From positions 1-30,752 of the forward strand of contig DASTFP010000043.1 in NCBI GenBank assembly GCA_035719865.1: a stretch of DNA of 30,752 nt, written 5' to 3'. Origin of the DNA: Terrimicrobiaceae bacterium (GTDB taxonomy: Bacteria > Verrucomicrobiota > Verrucomicrobiia > Chthoniobacterales > Terrimicrobiaceae). Positions within the stretch are counted from its first letter, which is position 1; the number at the start of each line of letters is the position of its first letter. The notes beneath the pieces are model-generated. The model was not told the origin of the DNA and ran no database searches. It saw nothing but the letters and a program-made list of their open reading frames with translations. Below are positions 26,666 through 30,752 of the stretch, in pieces. A program made the position numbers and the translations under genes.

Positions 26666-28019
26666 CTACCGTTTCTTCAGGTCTGCGCCGCCGCTCGTGG
26701 AGAGGTCCGCGGCAATTGCGCCCAAATACGGAGAGGAGGCCCGAACCCGGGCGCGCAACCGGCTCAGCAGGCTGTAAAGACCGAAGAAAACCCTGTTGAT
26801 GTAAATACTGTGGGCCGATCCGCGTCTCCCGCGCAGGGTGCGCAGCATTTGGTTTTTCCGGTTCTCCTCTCCCATCTCATAGATCGCGGCCAGAAGCTCC
26901 GGATCGCCAAAATCAAAAATTTCTTCCCGAAAAGGCCGCGCCAGCAGTTCGAGCGAACGCTGGCAGAGCGTTATCATCTGCTTGCGCTCCGCAGGCCCAT
27001 CGCTCGGCAAGAGGATATCCAGCGCCTCCATTGCCGCTTCCAGCCTCGCGCGATTCTTCAGCAGGTCCGGATCGAGGAAGGCAAACTGTTTGCGATGAAA
27101 ATCCTCGGTAATCGTCTTGGCGCAGCCGAAATCCAGAACCCAAAGCTCGCCGTTTCGGACGAGGAAGTTTCCGGGGTGCGGGTCGGCGTGGAAGGCCCTT
27201 AAGCAGTGGATCTGATGGGCATAGAAATCCCAGAGGCGCCTGGCCAATCTGATCTCGCTCCTGTCCAGTCGCGTCGCCATCCGCGAAGCGATCCAGCGGA
27301 AGGCCTTCGACCCAATCCATCGTGAGGATCCGGTCTGACGAAAGAGCGGCGTAGTAGACCGGGAAACGGACATTCTCCAGATGCGCGGAGGAACGCGAAA
27401 GCTCGATCGAGCGTTGAAGCTCCAGGGCATAGTTGGTCTCTTCGAGAAGCCGCGCTTCGATCTCGTGGAAGTAGTCCTCAACATCCTTTTCGCGCAGGCC
27501 GAGGACCTGCAAGGCGATCGGTTTGATCACGCGGAGATCGCTACGCAGGCTGTCCGCCACGCCGGGATACTGCACCTTCACAGCGAACTCCTGGCCATTC
27601 TTCGCAGCGAGATGAACCTGGCCGATCGAGGCGCCGTGCGCCGCCTGACGGGTAAACGAATCGAACATCGCCCCGGGCTCACAACCGAATTCGCGGCGAA
27701 AAGTCCGGACGACAAGCGGATAGGAAAGCGGCGGCGCGGAATATTGGGCCTGGGCAAATCGACTGGCGTAGGCCGGCGGAAGGAGGTTTCGGTCTATGCT
27801 GAGCATCTGCGCCAGCTTAAGAGGCCCTCCCTTGAGCCGGCTGAAAGTCCGGTAAACCTCATCGGCATTCTCTTCATGAAGGGCCCGCTCGTCGGTCTTT
27901 CCGGACAATGCCCGGCGAGCGTAGAATTTAAGGTAATTCACACCCACCCTGGCGCCACTGCCCACGAGAGCAGCGCCGCGCGAAAGGCGGGTCGTTTCGA
28001 TCGAATGCTGTTCGATCAT
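26666..28019 (-). pseudogene. ABC1/UbiB (AarF) family atypical kinase with one frameshift near 27235 (pseudogene or sequencing error)
   Basis: Frame 1: LKGGPLKLAQ, AQYSAPPL, ASIGQVH, AVKVQYPGV, EETNYALE, ILTMDWVEG. Frame 2: FHADPHPGNFL, VLDFGC. Removing one C from GCG-C-CTC-TGG restores QALWDFY. Confidence 0.85.
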
Positions 28020-28657
28020 TTCTTGCAGGCGTCGCGTCGAGGAAGAAGAAACCTGGCGAGATCGACTGCAGAATCCAACGCCTGCGTGCGAATGAGATCG
28101 AACGCGACGGCTGCAGATTTTTCGACAAAGGCATCGGTGCGTTCAAACCCCTTGCTATCATCCATGAGGTAGTAATCAATCACGGCCCGCAAGTGCAGAT
28201 AGAACGCCTCCGGATACAGCGGGACCAAACGCCCCCGATCCGCGATCTCTCCGGAATCCCTCCCTTTCTCAACGACCGCGGTTATGAAGGACTTGCAGCG
28301 CGCCTCAAATCCGCGCAACCAAGCCGGACGCGAGAGGGTTCGCAGCGGCCCGAAACGCGAAAGCATGAGTGAACGCCAATTGAGCGCCTCCTCGAAGAAG
28401 GCAAAATGAAAGGTCAGTAACTGTTGTCGCGCGGAGAAGGAGCTCCATTCCGGACCCGACTCCACCGCGCGAACCACCCGGTCGACAAGGGCTTCCCAAA
28501 GCCGGCTTTCGACCGCCTGGAAAGAACCAAATTCCGCGAAAAACGCCTTCTCCTCGATCCCCAGCCCGCAGCAAAACAGATATACCGATTCCGGATACCT
28601 TCCGTGCTCGCGGAGATGATTTGTGAATTCGAAAATGATGCGCTCGTTCGTTTCCAT
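28016..28657 (-). CDS. TetR-like transcriptional regulator with Bacteroidota-type C-terminal domain
   Basis: P.SVY.FC..LGIEE.AF...FGSF; C-terminal DDSKGFERTDAFVEKS...AFDLI...ALDSAVDLARFL; ATGA overlap with the ABC1 gene. Confidence 0.78.
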   Translation of the reverse strand: METNERIIFEFTNHLREHGRYPESVYLFCCGLGIEEKAFFAEFGSFQAVESRLWEALVDRVVRAVESGPEWSSFSARQQLLTFHFAFFEEALNWRSLMLSRFGPLRTLSRPAWLRGFEARCKSFITAVVEKGRDSGEIADRGRLVPLYPEAFYLHLRAVIDYYLMDDSKGFERTDAFVEKSAAVAFDLIRTQALDSAVDLARFLLPRRDACKK

Positions 28658-28785
28658 GGCACTCGGAACTTCCTCTTTTACGCTTGCGGGCGAGAAAACG
28701 ATGCAATCGACGGCTGGCTGCCAAAAACTACACCTGAAGCCGACGAGGTTCGGTCGGACTATGGTAGACTGCCCAGGCTTGGCAG

Positions 28786-29148
28786 ATGGAGGTCCAGCCG
28801 TTGAGAATCACGATTCGCCGCCTTCTTTATCTTCTGTTTTGTCTGAGCCTATGCTCAATGACAGGGATTGGCGTGTTCATGGCCTACGGGCTGATTCCCG
28901 GCAGCCGCGGAGGCCGCGGATTGGAGGTTACCGGGTGGGACTATCACGATTGGAATGATTCACAGTCGTTGGCAATCAATCTGTTTTTCACCCTCGCCAC
29001 GGCCAATCTTCTGGTTGTCTGGGCATGGCTCATCCGGTGCGCAGCCAAAGGAGATTTTGTGCGTTTGGCGGTCGGCCTACTCGCGGGAGCCGCGATCATT
29101 GGAGCGCTGCTGTATCTGACGCCCTCCCAATGCTCCCGATCTCCGTGA
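28786..29148 (+). CDS. Hypothetical membrane protein (about 3 TM segments)
   Basis: Three hydrophobic stretches; fills the gap between neighbours; start uncertain. Confidence 0.55.
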   Translation: MEVQPLRITIRRLLYLLFCLSLCSMTGIGVFMAYGLIPGSRGGRGLEVTGWDYHDWNDSQSLAINLFFTLATANLLVVWAWLIRCAAKGDFVRLAVGLLAGAAIIGALLYLTPSQCSRSP

Positions 29149-29214
29149 GGGCGGGGTTGGCCTCGGTTTCGTTTTGCAGCATCGATCGCAAAGTTCCCTA
29201 CTCTTTCACTTCCG

Positions 29215-29685
29215 ATGTCACCCATGACGAAGTTCGTACAACGAGGCGGTTTGTGGGTATTGTCGCAGGCACTCTTGCTGCTCGCGGCCATTTTCCTAGG
29301 TTTGCGGTTCCGCGGGAACGGAGGCCACCCAGTCTCCGGAATTTCCGGTGGGATTCTGCTGGCTGCCGGCGCGAGTATCGCACTCGCGGGCGGGTTCGCA
29401 CTCGGCAGGACCATTACCCCCTTCCCCGAACCGTCGACACAAGCCCAATTGGTCCGAAGTGGCATATTCTCAGCGGTGAGACACCCGATCTATGCGGGAT
29501 TGGTGGGTGCGTCGACGGGTTGGGCCCTTTTCTGGCGAAGCTGGCCGGCTCTGCTGATGGCCTTGGGGCTCCTCCCCTTCCTCGACGCCAAAGCCCGGCG
29601 CGAAGAAGAATGGCTCCGGGAAAGATTCCCCGAATACCGCGAATACGAGGCAAGCGTCAAAAAATTTGTCCCGGGGATTTATTGA
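29215..29685 (+). CDS. Isoprenylcysteine carboxylmethyltransferase / PEMT family membrane methyltransferase
   Basis: LVRSGIFSAVRHPIYAG, KARREEEWLRERFPEYREY...VKKFVP motifs; alternative ATG at 29224. Confidence 0.9.
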   Translation: MSPMTKFVQRGGLWVLSQALLLLAAIFLGLRFRGNGGHPVSGISGGILLAAGASIALAGGFALGRTITPFPEPSTQAQLVRSGIFSAVRHPIYAGLVGASTGWALFWRSWPALLMALGLLPFLDAKARREEEWLRERFPEYREYEASVKKFVPGIY

Positions 29686-29798
29686 AGCCCAAACCGACCA
29701 CCGGGTCGAATAACCGTGGGGCCTAGACTGGCCCTCAGGAGGCGCCCGCCCGATGACCAAGGGGTGATTCGCACGACGGTCTGGATCTAAATCTATAG

Positions 29799-29814
29799 TT
29801 GACTGACTAGTCAA
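29799..29814. promoter_or_regulatory. Palindromic TetR-type operator TTGACT-N4-AGTCAA
   Basis: Perfect 6-bp arms, 18 nt upstream of the TetR start. Geometry matches the NemR-type box TAGACC-N4-GGTCTA, and the left arm doubles as a -35-like TTGACT. Confidence 0.75.
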
Positions 29815-29832
29815 ATTGGGCGAGATTTTGAC

Positions 29833-30444
29833 ATGCCAAGGACGAGTTCGGCGAAGGAGCGCCTTACCGAGGCTGCTCTGAGGATGATTTGGGGTCAGAG
29901 CTACGGCTCAACCTCGGTCGATGCGATTTGTGAAGAGGCCAAAGTAAAGAAGGGGAGCTTTTATTATTTCTTCAAGTCCAAGTCGGATCTTGCCGTTGCG
30001 GCTCTGGATGCCGATTGGAGGAGGCATCGGGCGCAGCTCGACACGATTTTCTCGCCAACCGTTCCGCCCCTGGAGCGTCTCGAGCGCTACTTCGATTTCA
30101 ATTACGAGCGTCTGGTTGAGATCAAGAAAGAATGCGGGGCCGTTCTGGGATGCCCTCTTTACGCTCTCGGGAGCGAAATCTGCACCCAAGATACGGTGCT
30201 TCGCGGCAAGATTCAGGAGATTCTTGATCGCAAGGTGACTTATCTTGAATCGGCAATCCGCGACGCGCATGCGCAGGGCCTGATTATGGCCCCAAACGAA
30301 AAAGCCAAGGCCAGGACACTCTTCATGCTCATCCAAGGAGCCCTCACCCAGGCCCGAATCCAGAATGACGTCGAGGTCCTGCACGATATCTATCCCGACG
30401 CCCTCGACCTCCTGGGAGCAGGAAAGGTTAAATCCGCAGCCTAA
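29833..30444 (+). CDS. TetR/AcrR family transcriptional regulator (NemR-like)
   Basis: HTH region SYGSTSVDAICEEAKVKKGSFYYFFKSKSDL; C-domain GCPLYALGSE; LIQGALTQARI. Confidence 0.93.
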   Translation: MPRTSSAKERLTEAALRMIWGQSYGSTSVDAICEEAKVKKGSFYYFFKSKSDLAVAALDADWRRHRAQLDTIFSPTVPPLERLERYFDFNYERLVEIKKECGAVLGCPLYALGSEICTQDTVLRGKIQEILDRKVTYLESAIRDAHAQGLIMAPNEKAKARTLFMLIQGALTQARIQNDVEVLHDIYPDALDLLGAGKVKSAA

Positions 30445-30486
30445 GCCAAACCTTTAGTCCGATAAATAGACGTCCAGTCAAATATA

Positions 30487-30752
30487 ATGCTCTGCTTAAG
30501 AAATAGTAATAACACACCATTGGTGAGGCCGAACTGCGCGGAACCCGACGCGAGCGACATGTTTTGCAAGAACCTGATAGTTGCGCTCGAGGATTTGAAG
30601 ACTCGGCTACTGGCACGTTACGCGCGCCGTTTTCCGGGTGAGGGATCTCGGATTCGGAAAGCGATTGAGGAAGCCGAGATGGAGGCATGGAGCACGCCGT
30701 ACCCGCATTTGTTTCTGCCGGATCTTGCGGAAGAGGCGATCGCGCGACTCGG
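30487..30752 (+). CDS. Small hypothetical protein, partial (runs off the right edge)
   Basis: Not in the ORF track because it has no stop in the window. Open frame from ATG 30487 (or 30559): MFCKNLIVALEDLKTRLLARYARRFPGEGSRIRKAIEEAEMEAWSTPYPHLFLPDLAEEAIARL. The AW.T.YPHLF.P.LA.E motif resembles small Verrucomicrobiota proteins as I recall them. Confidence 0.65.
   Translation, partial: MLCLRNSNNTPLVRPNCAEPDASDMFCKNLIVALEDLKTRLLARYARRFPGEGSRIRKAIEEAEMEAWSTPYPHLFLPDLAEEAIARL

Overview
GC-rich bacterial chromosome segment. A Verrucomicrobiota-like host is my inference from the CAACGCT-type heptamer repeat and the small protein at the right end; no marker gene confirms it. Left end (1-4100): a mosaic, apparently decaying accessory region with the end of a CDGSH Fe-S gene, the 3' half only of a tRNA-Thr(TGT) (att-like scar), possible integrase debris, an orphan lipoprotein, a 5'-truncated grpB-like gene, a VOC protein, a frameshifted DoxX gene and a GNAT. 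Middle (4128-15751): ada plus a coupled 2OG-Fe(II) oxygenase behind an Ada-box-like motif, an alpha/beta hydrolase, an aldo/keto reductase, a ComB-like phosphatase, pyruvate carboxylase, an amylosucrase-like GH13 and a lipoprotein. The standout is 15973-26663: a receiver-domain/thioredoxin-reductase-like fusion lacking CxxC, followed by three tandem soluble kinases, each made of two complete cNMP-HisKA-HATPase units (six sensor-kinase modules). The putative ligand pockets are diversified, the catalytic cores are nearly homogenised, and relic copies of the reductase 3' end precede kinases 2 and 3 as possible coupling mini-ORFs. Right end: TetR-like gene plus a frameshifted ABC1/UbiB kinase, an ICMT-family methyltransferase, and a NemR-like TetR with a palindromic operator. 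All family assignments are from motif recognition by eye; no searches were run.
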